A DNA stretch of 64,000 nt from Mobula hypostoma. Lineage: Eukaryota. Shown one piece after another: positions 10,813-23,084 of this stretch (positions are counted from its first letter, which is position 1; each line of letters starts with the position of its first letter). The position numbers and the translations under genes are program-made. The notes below the pieces were generated by a model that saw nothing but the letters and a program-made list of their open reading frames with translations, was not told where the DNA came from and ran no database searches. The DNA is taken from positions 187,676,001 to 187,740,000 of the forward strand of contig NC_086097.1 of assembly GCF_963921235.1 (NCBI RefSeq), written 5' to 3'.

Positions 10813-11770
10813 CATAGTCATAGTCATACTTTATTAATCCCGGGGGAAATCGGTTTCCGCTACAGTTGCACCATAAATAATAAATAGTAATAGAACCATA
10901 AATAGTTAAATAGTAATATGTAAATTATGCCAATAAATTATGAAATAAATCCAGGACCAGCCTAATGGCTCAGGGTGTCTGACCCTCCAAGGGAGGAGTT
11001 GTAAAGTTTGATGGCCACAGGCAGGAATGACTTCCTATGACGCTCAGCGCTGCATCTCGGTGGAATGAGTCTCTGGCTGAATGTACTCCTGTGCCCACCC
11101 AGTACATTATGTAGTGGATGGGAGACATTGACCAAGATGGCATGCAACTTAGACAGCATCCTCTTTTCAGACAGCACCATGAGAGAGTCCAGTTCCATCC
11201 CCACAACATCACTGGCCTTACGAATGAGTTTGTTGATTCTGTTGGTGTCTGCCACCCTCAGCCTGCTGCCCCAGCACACAACAGCAAACATGATAGCACT
11301 AGCCACCACAGACTCATAGAACATCCTCAGCGTCGTCCAGCAGATGTTAAAGGACCTCAGTCTCCTCAGGAAATAGAGATGGCTCTGTCCCTTCTTGTAG
11401 ACAGCCTCAGTGTTCTTAGACCAGTCCAGTTTATTGTCAATTCATATCCCCAGGTATTTGTAATCCTCCATCATGTCCACACTGACCCCCTGGATGGAAA
11501 CAGGGGTCACCGGTACCTTAGCCTTCCTCAGGTCTACCACCAGCTGCTTAGTCTTTTTCACGTTAAGCTGCAGATAACTCTGCTCACACCATGTGACAAA
11601 GTTTCCTACCGTAGCCCAGTACTCAACCTCATCTCCCTTGCTGATGCATCCAACTATGGCAGAGTCATCCGAAAACTTCTGAAGATGACAAGACTCTGTG
11701 CAGTAGTTGAAGTCCGAGGTGTAAATGGTGAAGAGAAAGGGAGACAAGACAGTCCCCTGTGGAGCCCCAG
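10813..11770 (-). mobile_element. Rex1/Babar-like LINE, 5'-truncated, young
   Basis: RT motifs TGAPQGTVLSPFLFTIYTSDF and LQKFSDDSAIVG (ORF 11442-11897); C-terminus FYESVVASAIMFAVVCWG; (ACTATG)n tail. Confidence 0.9.
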
Positions 11771-13364
11771 TTTTATGCTCTAATTTTTTCCCCATCAAAT
11801 CTCCTTTTATACACTTTCCTCTCATCTTAAGTCTTTTCCCTCTCGTTTTAGATATCCTTACCATGGAAGAAAGATACTGCATGCCTTCCTTATCCATGCC
11901 ACTCGTAACGTTATCTACTCCTGTCAGATTTTGTTTATATCCTGTTGCCTAGAGCAACTTGCACATAATTAGAAATAGTACTGCAAAGGAATTTGCAACA
12001 ATCCAGATTTTGATTTTAGAATTAGACCTTCTCAAAAAGATGTTCCCACGTATCACCAGGTTCCTACACAGGACGCCACACAAATATCTCATTAACTTGA
12101 GTAAAAATGTTGGAGACAATAATTCTCTTGATTACATTTACATAGAACGGCATAAATATATGTATGCCTATTGATAAGTGAACCAAAATTCCAAATTATT
12201 AAAACATGAACGTCAACATTTGCATTGTTTAGTTTACTTTCAATGGCAATGGTATTGCTCAGACTGATCATTGTTTGCAACTGTTATTCCATTGCCACCA
12301 ACATAATGCTGGGACGTTCTATTGTTTACTTTGTAAAGTTACACTATTTCTATTTATAGAATCATATGTAGCTAAGTCATAAGAATTTATTTACTTTCTC
12401 AACAGCTTGTTTGCCAATCATCTCCCCAAACCCCAAGGCTAACTATATGTCCACACTGTCTCCTGGTATGTGCTGTCTTGAGATTAAAATATCCAAAGGT
12501 ATGGACACTTCTTGTCCCATGATCTATAGGTCCACTGGCAAGAAGACTTAGCAGTTGTGTTCCTCTCTTGATACTGATAGGAAGATATGAACAACTATCT
12601 CTGCCTTCCCTAAGCAGATTTGTGACCCAGCAAGGGTTATAGCATTTAGGCTATGATGGTGCAATCGCTGAATGCTTCTCTTTCAAGCTTCGAGGAATAG
12701 TAGTTCAAGAGCTTTTCCAAAAGGGAATATTATTTCTCTTTGGGAAATTTACAGTCCTGCCTCCCCACTTCTAATGACTGCTGCCTTGCTCAAAGGCACA
12801 GAAACTATCTGTTCACCATTATTACCTCACAAATTATCTTTAGTTATTAGTGATAAATATATTCAAAAATTAATTGTGAGGAGAAAGACATAAAAAACAT
12901 CCATTCTGACTGGCTGCACTATGTATGCCATCTCCTTCTTTTTGCTTTAGTAGATCCTTTATGCCCAAGTGCAGTAATGGGAATATTTACCACAAGGGGC
13001 CCATTGAGAACAATAATCAAAGTCACTATTGAAGCAAACATAGTGAAAGTTATTTTCAATGCTTTACTCGGTACCTAAATGAAAATTTAGCAGAATTTAA
13101 AATCGTCATGTCACTGCATCAGTCTTTGCAAATGAATCTCCTTGTTTAAGTGAGCAACCTGAGCTGAGATCAGTGTTTTACACTCTCCTGTTACCTGTCT
13201 TCTTTCTGCATACCTTTTCTGTAAGCAGAAATTTGCTGATTCCTCACTAAAGTGGGTGGGCTTCACAGGAGTGACTAGATAGCAACAGTAGCAAGATGCT
13301 GGAATGAAGGGATCAGACCCAGCCTTCAATAAGCAGAAGGCTAAAGACAGCATTCAGATATACT

Positions 13365-14270
13365 GCTTCTTCTTCTTGGACAGTCCTTTGAGAGTCTTTG
13401 CTTCAATAACAGTGCTCTGGGTACTGAGCTGGCTGATAAAGCTAATGTGAATTCTGTACACTCTGCCAAGGTGGACAGAAGGTACTTGATAAGGTAGGCA
13501 AGAGAATAGCATGGGAGATGGCATGCTTCTTCATTTCCATTGGCTTATGTGTGCTTCTGAAGAAGAGCAATGATGTTCTCAATGCCATTCAAGAAGCTTC
13601 TTCTGTATTTTGAGTGGTGATGGACTAGAGATCCCCATGTAGACATGAAATCGTTATGTCCTTTCAGAGAGGCTTGACAACCTCCTTTACCTTTTTCTTT
13701 CCTCTTGGTAATCATTCACCATGACAGAGCCTGGTGATGAGTGTCTAGTGTTGGGCAAGTAATTGTTGAGGCCTGGCCAATCCAGCTGACTGAGAGCTCA
13801 GTGGTAGCAATGTTGGCCTGAGACAGGATGTTGACATCAGTTCACCTTATCCTAGCATCAGATGTGGATGTTTTTCTTGAGTGGACTTTGCAAGTGTTTC
13901 TCTGATAATTTGAGATGCCTTCAGGTAGATAGTTTGTGTCTTTGAAGTGTGTGGGAGAACCGGAGCCCTAGCCACCACAGAACCTCCAAGGACTTTTGAG
14001 TATTTTCAGGTTTTGATGTTCAGAAACTTTTACTCTCAATTGACCAGAAACAGTCTTCACACAAAGGAGGTGGGAATAAGTTTCATCATAGATTCTCCTT
14101 TAGACAGGTGGCTTGCAAAATATAGAATATAATCCATCTCACTTTTTATTGCCATTGGGATACTGTCATGTGGCAGAAGCCAGTTAGTAGAGAATCTCCG
14201 ATTGGTGAATGTTTATTGTCAGGTCCATTCCCTTGGTATATTTCAGTGAATGAACCAACAGTGATTCACA
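13365..14270 (-). mobile_element. Degenerate RTE-clade LINE 3' portion
   Basis: Minus-strand end ...gactgtccaagaagaagaag is typical of RTE tails; decayed RT C-terminal coding remnants lie upstream. Confidence 0.55.
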
Positions 14271-15199
14271 TCCAAATGTCCTGACCTGAAAAATCTACAG
14301 TTCCTTTCTCCCCTCAGATGCTGATTGATTCACTCAGTGCCTTCAGCAGTTTTTTTTTTGCTCCATATTCTACCGTCTGCTGTTTTTTGTGTCTCTATGA
14401 TTCAGATCTTGGTAGTTAAAGGTGTGCAATTGCTACCTGCAAACTGCTACAACTAGTGGTTGATGCTATTTCCTGCACTTCGATTGAAGCTGTCACATGG
14501 TTAAATCCTATCCATTGGTCACCAAGCAAATGGAACTTCAATGCCAGGGTAAAAATGTTTACAAACCTCTGAAAATGTGTAGTTGGCAAGAAAGGAGGAA
14601 GAAATATTAACTCCAATGTTGTCCAGTGCCAGATTCTATGTTTAGAATTTGGACATTTCTTCAGATTTAAGTAAATGGAGAAGATGGCGACGCAGCTCGC
14701 AGTGGCCACTCCGGTGATGATGTCTGTTATTTGTCAAGTAGGGTGCCGTGCACAATCCTGATATGATGGAGATGGATATGAAAGCACGGAGGAACATCTG
14801 GTAAAACTTCTGAAATGCCTGCTTTGCTACTGTGGTCCAGAATCTCTGGAGGAGAAGGCCCCGAGTCCTCGGCTTTGGTTGTCGTTCGGCGGCTGGGGCA
14901 GGGTCAAAGCACTCGGCAGAGGATGATGCTCGGAGAGGCTGTGTCGGAGGGGCTGGTCAGAGGCTCGAAGTTTTCGGATGGACTTAGAGTCTGCTGCGGT
15001 CGGATGCTTCCAATGGTGCTGCATCAGCAAGTTGGCGGCGCTTGGAGGTTCATGGCAGGGACAGTTTCTCCCTTCTGCCGCCTGCATGAGATGATGAGAC
15101 TATCGGGACTTTGAGACTTTTTTTTTTACCGTACCCATAGTCTGCTCTTTATCAATTTATGGTATTGCTTTGCACTGTTGTAATTATATGTTATAATTA

Positions 15200-16870
15200 C
15201 AGGCGTCCCCTGCTTTTTGAACGTTCGCTTTACGAAACTTCGCTGTTGCAAAAGACCTACATTAGTTACCTGTTTTCGCTAACAGACGGTGTTTTCACTG
15301 TTGCGAAAAAAAGCAGTGCGCGAAAAAAGCAGCGTGCGATAAAAGGCAGCGCGCGCCCCGAGCAGCCAAGCTCCTCCCCCGGAACTACATTCTAGCTGGC
15401 ATTGCCTGTGAGCAGCCATTAGCAAGATGAGTTCTAAGGTATCGGAAAAGCCTAAAAGAGCTCGTAAGGGTGTTACACTTAGCGTAAAACTAAACATAAT
15501 TAAGCGTTTCGATCGTGGTGAACGAAGTAAAGACAAAGTGAGTTTGGCTTGTGGAAGTTGACGAGGATGATGTTGAAGAGGTTTTGGCATCCCATGACCA
15601 AGAACTGATAGATGAAGAGCTGATGCAATTGGAAGAGGAAAGGATAACAATCAAAACCGAATGTAGAAGCGAATGGACCGAAAGTGAAGTCATCCAGGAA
15701 CTGAATGTGAAGCAACTGCGTGAGATTTTCACTGCAATTGACAACAATGATTGCAGAAAAGTACGACTTTAATTTTCAAAGGGTACATAGGTTTAGGGCA
15801 AATTTGCAGAATGGTTTGAGTGCTTACAAAGAACTGTATGATAGAAAAATGCGTGAGGCTAAGCAGTCAAGCATACAGTTGTTTTTCAAGCCTTCCACAT
15901 CAGCCACAGCAGACGATGAACCTCGACCTTTGACATCGAGGCAGGCAGACATAGAAGAAGATGATCTGCCTGCCCTGATGGAAATAGACGATGATGATAT
16001 GACACCCCAGTGTCCCACCACCCCAACCTCCGGGCTGCGGACCGATTCCAATCCGTGGAGAACGCAGCGGTAGTTGGGAGGAACCCAACACATCTTTAAG
16101 AAAAAAGCCGAAATAAACAAACTAATTAATTAGGTGCCACCCGGCACATAAATATCGGCCCACATCAGAGGCGATTGCCTATTGTGTCGCCTCTGATTTG
16201 GGTCGACATTTACATGCCAGGTGGCACCTAATTAATTAGCTTGTTTATTTCGGCTTTTTTCTTAAAGATGTGCTGGGTGCATCCCGGCTACCGCTGTACC
16301 CCTGCATTCTTCGTGGATCGGTATCGGTCGGCAGCCTGGAGGGTGGGGACCACTGCACCACCCCAACCTCCGACGACTCAGCCTAACACACCATTATCAG
16401 TGTGCTCGGCACTGTCCCAATTCCAGTAAGTGATACTACACTGTACATACATTATTTCTACTGGATATAGGCTGTGTATTTTTATGTGTTATTTGATATG
16501 ATTTGGCAGCTTCATAGCTTACAGGTTACTGGAGAGTGTTTCTGCTGAAAGCGCTTGCGCCGTGTTTCTGCCAAGAGCGCTTGCGTGAGATTTTCGCTGC
16601 GGAGAACAGTGCGGCATTGATTGTAGAAAAGTATTTCTACTTTACATAGGCTGAGTATTTATCATATCATTCCTGCTTTTCCTATATGTTACTGTTATTT
16701 TAGGTTTTATGTGTTATTTGACATGATTTGGTAGGTTATTTTTTGGGTCTATGAACTCTCACAAATTTCCCCCATATAAATAAATGGTAATTGCTTCTTC
16801 ACTTTACGACATTCCAGTTTACGAACCGTTTCATAGGAATGCTCTGCCTTCGGATGGCGGGGGAAACCTG
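15200..16870 (+). mobile_element. Internally deleted Tigger (pogo) DNA transposon
   Basis: TA on both flanks (15198-15199, 16871-16872); ends caggcgtcccc and gggggaaacctg. ATG at 15427 gives MSSKVSEKPKRARKGVTLSVKLNIIKRFDRGER (CENP-B-type HTH start) joined to the acidic C-terminus EVDEDDVEEVLASHDQEL; the DDE domain is missing. Confidence 0.85.
16021..16348. repeat. About 330-bp imperfect inverted repeat inside the Tigger element
   Basis: Arms include catctttaagaaaaaagccgaaataaacaaactaattaattaggtgccac and its reverse complement; apex tcagaggcga...tcgcctctga. Confidence 0.9.
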
Positions 16871-17094
16871 TATGTGGTTTTGTCAGTTTTAGTCTTGGTT
16901 TGTCCTGTGTTATCTTGTGATATCATTCTGGAGGAACTTTGTATCATTTTTTTGATGCATGCATTAAATGACAATAAACGAGGACTGAGTGTCCTCATAA
17001 TCTAATCTAAAAAAAATATGACACCAATTGTGGCCATTTGTGAGGCCAAGCACAGCACCAATGTCATATTTAATTTTGCCAACAATATCACTGA

Positions 17095-18075
17095 TGTTGG
17101 CTGAAATAAAGGTGGTGATCAATCAGCAGATAGGAGGAAGACTGAAAACCTGGCTGACTGGTACCACAGCAAGAACCTCTCACTCAATGACAGCAAGACC
17201 AAGGACATGATTATTGACTTCAAGAGGAGGAAACCGGATGTTTATGAGTCACTTATCAATGGGGTGTCAGAGGTGGAGAGGGTCAGTAACTTTAAATTCC
17301 TAGGTGTTATCATTTCAGGGGACCTATCCTGGGTCCAGCACATAAGTTCCATTACAAAGAAAGCATGATAGTGCCTCTACTTTCAGTTTGTGAAGGTTTG
17401 GTATGTCATCTAAACCTTTGACAAACTTCTATAGATGTGTGGTGGAGGGTATATAGACTGGTCGCATCACAGCCCGGTATGGAAACACCAATGCCCTTGT
17501 ACAGAAAAGCCTACAAAATGTAGTGGATATGGCCAAGTCCATCACAGGTAAAGCTCTGCCCACCACTGAGCACTTCCACAGGGAGCGCTGTTGCAAGAAA
17601 GCAGCTTCAATAATCAGGGAGCCCCACTATAAATGCCATGCTCTTTTCTCACTGCTGCAATCAAGAAAAAGGTACTGGAGCCTCAAGACCTCTACCAGCA
17701 GATTTAGGAATAGTCATTACTCTCAGTCATCAAGCTCTTGAACCACAAGTGATAACCTCAATTAACTTCGCTCGCCTCATCACTGAACTGTGCCCATAAC
17801 CTATGGACTCACTTTCAAGTACTCTTCATCTGGTGTTCCCAATATTTATTATTTATTTATTTATTTATTTATTATTATTATTATTATTTTCTTTTTCTTT
17901 TTCATATTTGTACAGATTGTTGGTCTTTTTGGACATTATTTTGTGTCCACCCCGATGGGTGCAACCTTTCATTGGTTTTACTGTGTTTCTTGTATTTACT
18001 GTGATCGTCTGCAAGTCTCAGAGTCCAATATGGTGACATATATGTACTTTAATAATAAATTAACTTTGAACTTTG
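17095..18075 (+). mobile_element. Rex1/Babar-like LINE 3' fragment
   Basis: Decayed RT C-terminus (KTKDMIIDF, FKFLGVII), (TTTA)/(TTA)n tract at about 17845-17890, shared tail aataaattaactttgaactttg. Confidence 0.8.
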
Positions 18076-19895
18076 TAAATCTACTGTTCTCTAACAGTGT
18101 TGAGAAAAATGTAGTGTAATTTAAATCTGACACATTTCATGGTAAGTATCACACCAGGCAAAACATCCATTCACTGAGCTAACAATTTGCCATTTCTCAA
18201 AAAAGAGGCTTTGTACAATTGTTAGATTGAGAGCTTCTCTTTATATTAAGCTATATTTGCATAATTATTAATGAATGATTATATTTAATTGCAATTCTAT
18301 TTAACTTCTGATGCAATGCTGGAACAAATCTATCACCCTACCACTGAATGTATTATGATAAAGAAGATAAATCTGTCCCCTTAATAAATGAAAGAAGACA
18401 GACGTAATACAAGGCACTTGAAAATTGGCCTATTGATTTGAAATAATTTTAGTCCATTTAGTGCTTACTTCACTTCAGTTTATTATGCGATAATAGTATC
18501 TTAATAACTTCATATTTTTGTTCTGTCCCTCGCTTCTTTCATGTGCTATAGTGGTATCACCTTGAGGTGAGAGTTATCTTGTTTTAAATTACTCTTTCAT
18601 TCTTAAAACATATTTCAAATTTGCTGTGGTGTGATATTAATCTTTGTAAACTGGAATGCCTTGTTTGTGTGTGTCGATCCTCCTGGTGCTACATATTTCA
18701 ATAATTGATAGCAATGTACACAAATATATTGAATCTGGCTAATTCTGTAAAACCAAAATATTGGTGAGAAATGGCTAGATGACTGGATTAAGATTATTGA
18801 TAAATTGATTTAGTACAACAAACTGTTAGCTGTAGCATATTGGAAAGTATGGATCTGTAGCTGATTAAAGCACTTAATCTAGGATCAGGAGGAATTAATT
18901 CCAAACTGATCATGCTGCTAAACATTGATCTCCAAATTTACACTATATAGTTTTTCCCCTCCTGCCAAGTAGTCAGAATTATGCAGAAAATGATTGCTGA
19001 AAACGCTGCTTTTGAATTCGGTTCTTTCTTTTTCCTTATCTGACTTGGAGCCATAACATTCACTCCATTGAATTGTATCTACCAGAAGGCCTTTTTACAC
19101 TTGTTGATCTTTTTAAAAACTGGGGTGAATGTAACCGCATTGATGGAAATGAATGTACAAATCCAGTTTCAGTTACAGGTTCAACTTCCGGCTTTTGTGC
19201 ATTGAACGCTACTAAAGTTCATTTGATCAGGTTGAAATTCTACCTTAGGAGTTTAAATTATTAGATTTAATTTAGCATAGTTAAAAATAAAATTAAAATT
19301 GTAATAATTTGTGATAACATTTAACTAATACTCAATGATTCATGAAGACCCTCCAATAAATATGAGAAATAAATCCCTAATCTGTTGATTGAATGGACAA
19401 TTTAATTGATTGGTAAATATGATTAAACAATTTGCAAGCCTACTGCACCAGTGAAATTATCAATTTGAATTAGATGCCCTGCGATGAAAGCAAATATTGA
19501 TCAAATTTATTTAAAGAAGTAGCAACCATTGAAATTTTGGAAGTCATCGGCTGATTTAAACTGTTCACCATGAATAGTAAAGAGTGACCACAGTTTTATA
19601 CTATTCTAATGCTTTTTCATTAACTTCAATGGAAAGAAAAACAGACTGATAATTACTTCATGCAGAGAACCCAATGCTGCTTATTTGCCACTTGGAGAGA
19701 ATAGTTAAAATCCCACCTATAAGCTCTGTTTAAAGTGCTGAGAGATATTCTTCCTACAAAGTCTTAATTTTGATGATATCCACAATGCTGATGTTGTTAA
19801 AAATATGGCATTGAAAAGAAATGATCCAGTGAAATCACATTATTAAAACCGAGACAAGCAGCAGTTTTAAGTCTCTATACTTTTATCTTTCACAG

Positions 19896-20018
19896 TTGGA
19901 TGAAGAAGCCCCGATGTGGTGTGCCTGACCAGTTTGGCAGCAGCATTAGATTTAATATTAGAAGAAAGCGATACGCATTAACAGGACAGAAGTGGCATCA
20001 TAAATATATCACTTACAG
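19896..20018 (+). CDS. MMP16: MMP16 coding exon with cysteine switch and furin site (equivalent to exon 3)
   Basis: Polypyrimidine tract then cacAG acceptor; donor GTtggt at 20019; 123 bp. Translates (D)[40 protein letters not shown](S), containing the PRCGVPD switch and the RRKR proprotein-convertase site. Confidence 0.97.
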
Positions 20019-21675
20019 GTTGGTGTCTGTTCTCATACTGTACATTACTAAGTAAGTGGCTCAATATTCATGAGAGTCTGATCCATAAAGATAAAAAGAA
20101 AACATATCTAAATGCAAAACAGAAAATTCTGGAGTTACACAAACTGTTAAGCATCTGAGAGAGAATAAACTTGAAACCAAGGTCCTACTTAAAATATTAT
20201 TCTAGCTTTCCGTTTTTGACATGAACCTATGGCATTTCCTTTTCTAATATCAGTATTAACATACAAATTGATTTTCTGTAGGATTCTGTAAGTAAAGCTG
20301 AATGAATGCCAATAAGCTTTGTATTTAAGCTATTAAAGATATTTAGTGTTTAAGGAGTGAAGTAGAATTGTGATTGCCGGAGTAAGTAAATATATTATAG
20401 CTTCCTCTTTTGCTGCTGCTGTTTGACAGTGAAATTGTTCAGAAGTAGTTTTGACAAGAAGGCATAATATGACCTATTTCCCAAGACCAAAAGCTGTGGG
20501 AAATAGTGAACATTTTCACCAGGAGGATTATTTTCTGTCATTCATTTCCTGGCATGAAGCTTAATCTGCTGTTGGTTCATATTGGTAAACAAGATGTTCA
20601 GTTTTAAGTAATTTGAAAGGGAATTCCTTGAAAAATATATTTTCAACAATCAATAAATCTCCTTTAGAATAAGATTGCACATCAACTTGGTGTATAAAAA
20701 GGTCACAATAGCAGGTAAACCAACTTCATTTGAATTATATAATAAATTTACTATTAGTGTCACGAAGTCAAATTTCAAACTAATGGATCCATCAGGTTAA
20801 TATTATTAACTATTTTTTTGCTGGATTAAGAAATTGAGTAGCTGATAATAAGAAATTAATCCTTTGAAAGTCTCGCACTGGTACCATGCTATTTAATGAA
20901 GTATAAGCATTGTTGTAGGGTAAGTAATCATAGCATACATTCTGCACAAACTTTACGGCACTTCAAGCATCAATGATCCTACTAATCTAGTTTTTGCTGA
21001 TTATGGAAGATGTTCGTTGGTCCACACATTGGACGTACAAGTCAATCAAAAATAGAATTTAAGCATGTATGCTATGGGAGAGAAATAAGTCTTTAACTGT
21101 TCATAAATTACTGAATTCTACATATTTATACAGTTCTCTGGTATCAATTTTATGACCCTGATTCTATAGTGTAACCATATAGCCAAAAAGCCCCATCTGT
21201 AACAGTGTATGGGCTTGAGTAAATGTTGGCTGTTATACTCATTTATCAGGTAACTTTTTTTGGGGTAGTATGGGCATTTAAGGTCAGGTGGCCTTCTTCT
21301 GCGTCATATTGTTCAAACATTCTATCATTTCTGATAATATTTCAGTGAATCAATTCATATGGCTTTTTTCCTGTTATAGCCTTCGTGTAATGGAATTACT
21401 GATACTGTAACTAAGGTCATGTACAGTGTTTAACATTACCTCTGTACTTACATATTGAAAGCCCCTAGATGCACACTATAAATTTTATTTGTTCTAATTA
21501 CACCGTGAAAAGAAAATTAATTATTTGGCACTGCTTTCTTAGAGTATATGATTTCTAGCATGATGTCCTACTAAAAAAAAAATCCATGCAATTCTGACAA
21601 AAAAAAACAGCACATTACTAAGATAAAACTAATAGGTAAAGTTACAAACTGTACACATTTCTATCTTCCCATCAG

Positions 21676-22066
21676 GCCTTTCAAAGGAAACAAAGATTTA
21701 AGCACGGTAAAAATGACAATACCTCTGAATTTTACAAAATGTAGTTCATAGAAGTGATATGATCTTCAAAGGTCATTCAGCCATTTGTTCTGAAACTCTG
21801 CACACAGGAACATAACAGATGGATTCTGCAAAAAGAATCTATTATGATCGAATTCATAGTACTGCCTGCAACATGATTGAATCTGGTCTCGCAGTGAAGT
21901 TCATGATTCATGAAGTGCTCTTTATTACTGATGACTATTTGACACAAAGTTAGAAATGTGGAATAATGCCCTTTTATGATCGTATTACTTCTATGAACTA
22001 CATTTTGTAAAACGCAGAGATATTAGTATTTACACCATGCTTAAATTCTTGTTTCCTTTGAAAGGC
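21676..22066. repeat. Old palindromic (MITE-like) element in MMP16 intron 3
   Basis: Arms gcctttcaaaggaaacaa...ttttacaaaatgtagttcatagaagt and acttctatgaactacattttgtaaaa...ttgtttcctttgaaaggc. Confidence 0.85.
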
Positions 22067-22779
22067 TTACCTTTCACTGGTGATGAAAAATGTGCGGCTG
22101 TCATTGCAGCTTAATTTCCAGGGATTGGTTAATGGTTAGGGTTAAAATATCCACTGGACAGGTAGAAAAATGTTGTGCTATCTCTGTCATATAGGCTTGA
22201 ACACACCACACATCACTGGAGGAAGTACAATACCTGTTAAACTGATCCACCAATAAATAAAAGTAATTCAAAGACTTAGGTGTGAGGTCTTGTTGTATGC
22301 AATGCACAGCCCATTCTCGGGATTATAGCACGATGTTTTAAAAAATATTTTGAAAACTGTAAAAGCTTTGACAATTGGCTATCAAAGCTGTCAAGGAAGT
22401 TTTGTGGACTGTGCTGTTCCACTGCGTTGTTCAAGACCCTCTCAGTGTAAAGGGCCTTGACAAATGAGTTCCAGGATGCTTTGGAACAACACAATAACCT
22501 CCCCCCTCCACACCCAACATCCAGCTCATCTGAGTTTGGGAGATTAGCAATTGTGAATAGTAGATATGTGCCAGAAAAACCCTGGTTTTCTCTGAGGGTA
22601 AGGTAAGGACATTTTTGAAGCTACCCAGATAATTTAGTTATCATTTGACTTATGGTAATTTGGAAGTCTTGAGCAACCAGTTGACATAGAAAATACAAAA
22701 GAAATGGTTTCAAACAGTGCCAGCATTCTGAACATTTTTCAGTAAAATAAAATCATGTTCCTTGTTATTATACCTGCAG

Positions 22780-23084
22780 CATTAAGAACTTCACCCCAAA
22801 AGTGGGAAAGGTTGAAACACACGGAGCGATACGTCATGCCTTTGATGTGTGGCAGAATGTAACTCCCCTGACATTTGAAGAAATACCATATGAGGAGTTG
22901 GGAAACAAGAAGAGAGATGTGGACATTACAATTATTTTTGCTTCTGGTTTCCATGGAGATAGTTCACCGTTTGATGGAGAAGGTGGCTTTCTCGCACATG
23001 CTTATTTCCCAGGTCCTGGTATTGGGGGCGACACTCACTTTGACTCCGATGAACCTTGGACATTAGGAAATCCAAACCATGATG
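22780..23084 (+). CDS. MMP16: MMP16 coding exon, N-terminal half of catalytic domain (equivalent to exon 4)
   Basis: ctgcAG acceptor, GTaag donor at 23085; 305 bp. Translates (S)[101 protein letters not shown](G). Contains the MT-loop and structural Zn/Ca ligands; [15 protein letters not shown] and GNPNHDG favour MMP16 over MMP24. Confidence 0.97.

Larger units (their letters stand above)
14677..17010 (+). mobile_element. Non-autonomous retroposon with YY1-motif 5' end and (TAATC)n tail, split by a Tigger element
   Basis: Starts aagatggcgacgc; GC-rich non-coding body; sequence is continuous across the TA-flanked insertion 15200-16870; ends aatgacaataaa...ataatctaatctaa. Confidence 0.6.

Noticed and set aside
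11118..11783. 221-aa plus-strand ORF and other short antisense ORFs over LINEs
   Set aside because: Shadow frames on the opposite strand of RT coding sequence, with no domain motifs or splice support.
3013..23084. Assignment to MMP24, MMP14 or MMP15
   Set aside because: Diagnostic residues ([37 protein letters not shown]) fit MMP16 best.
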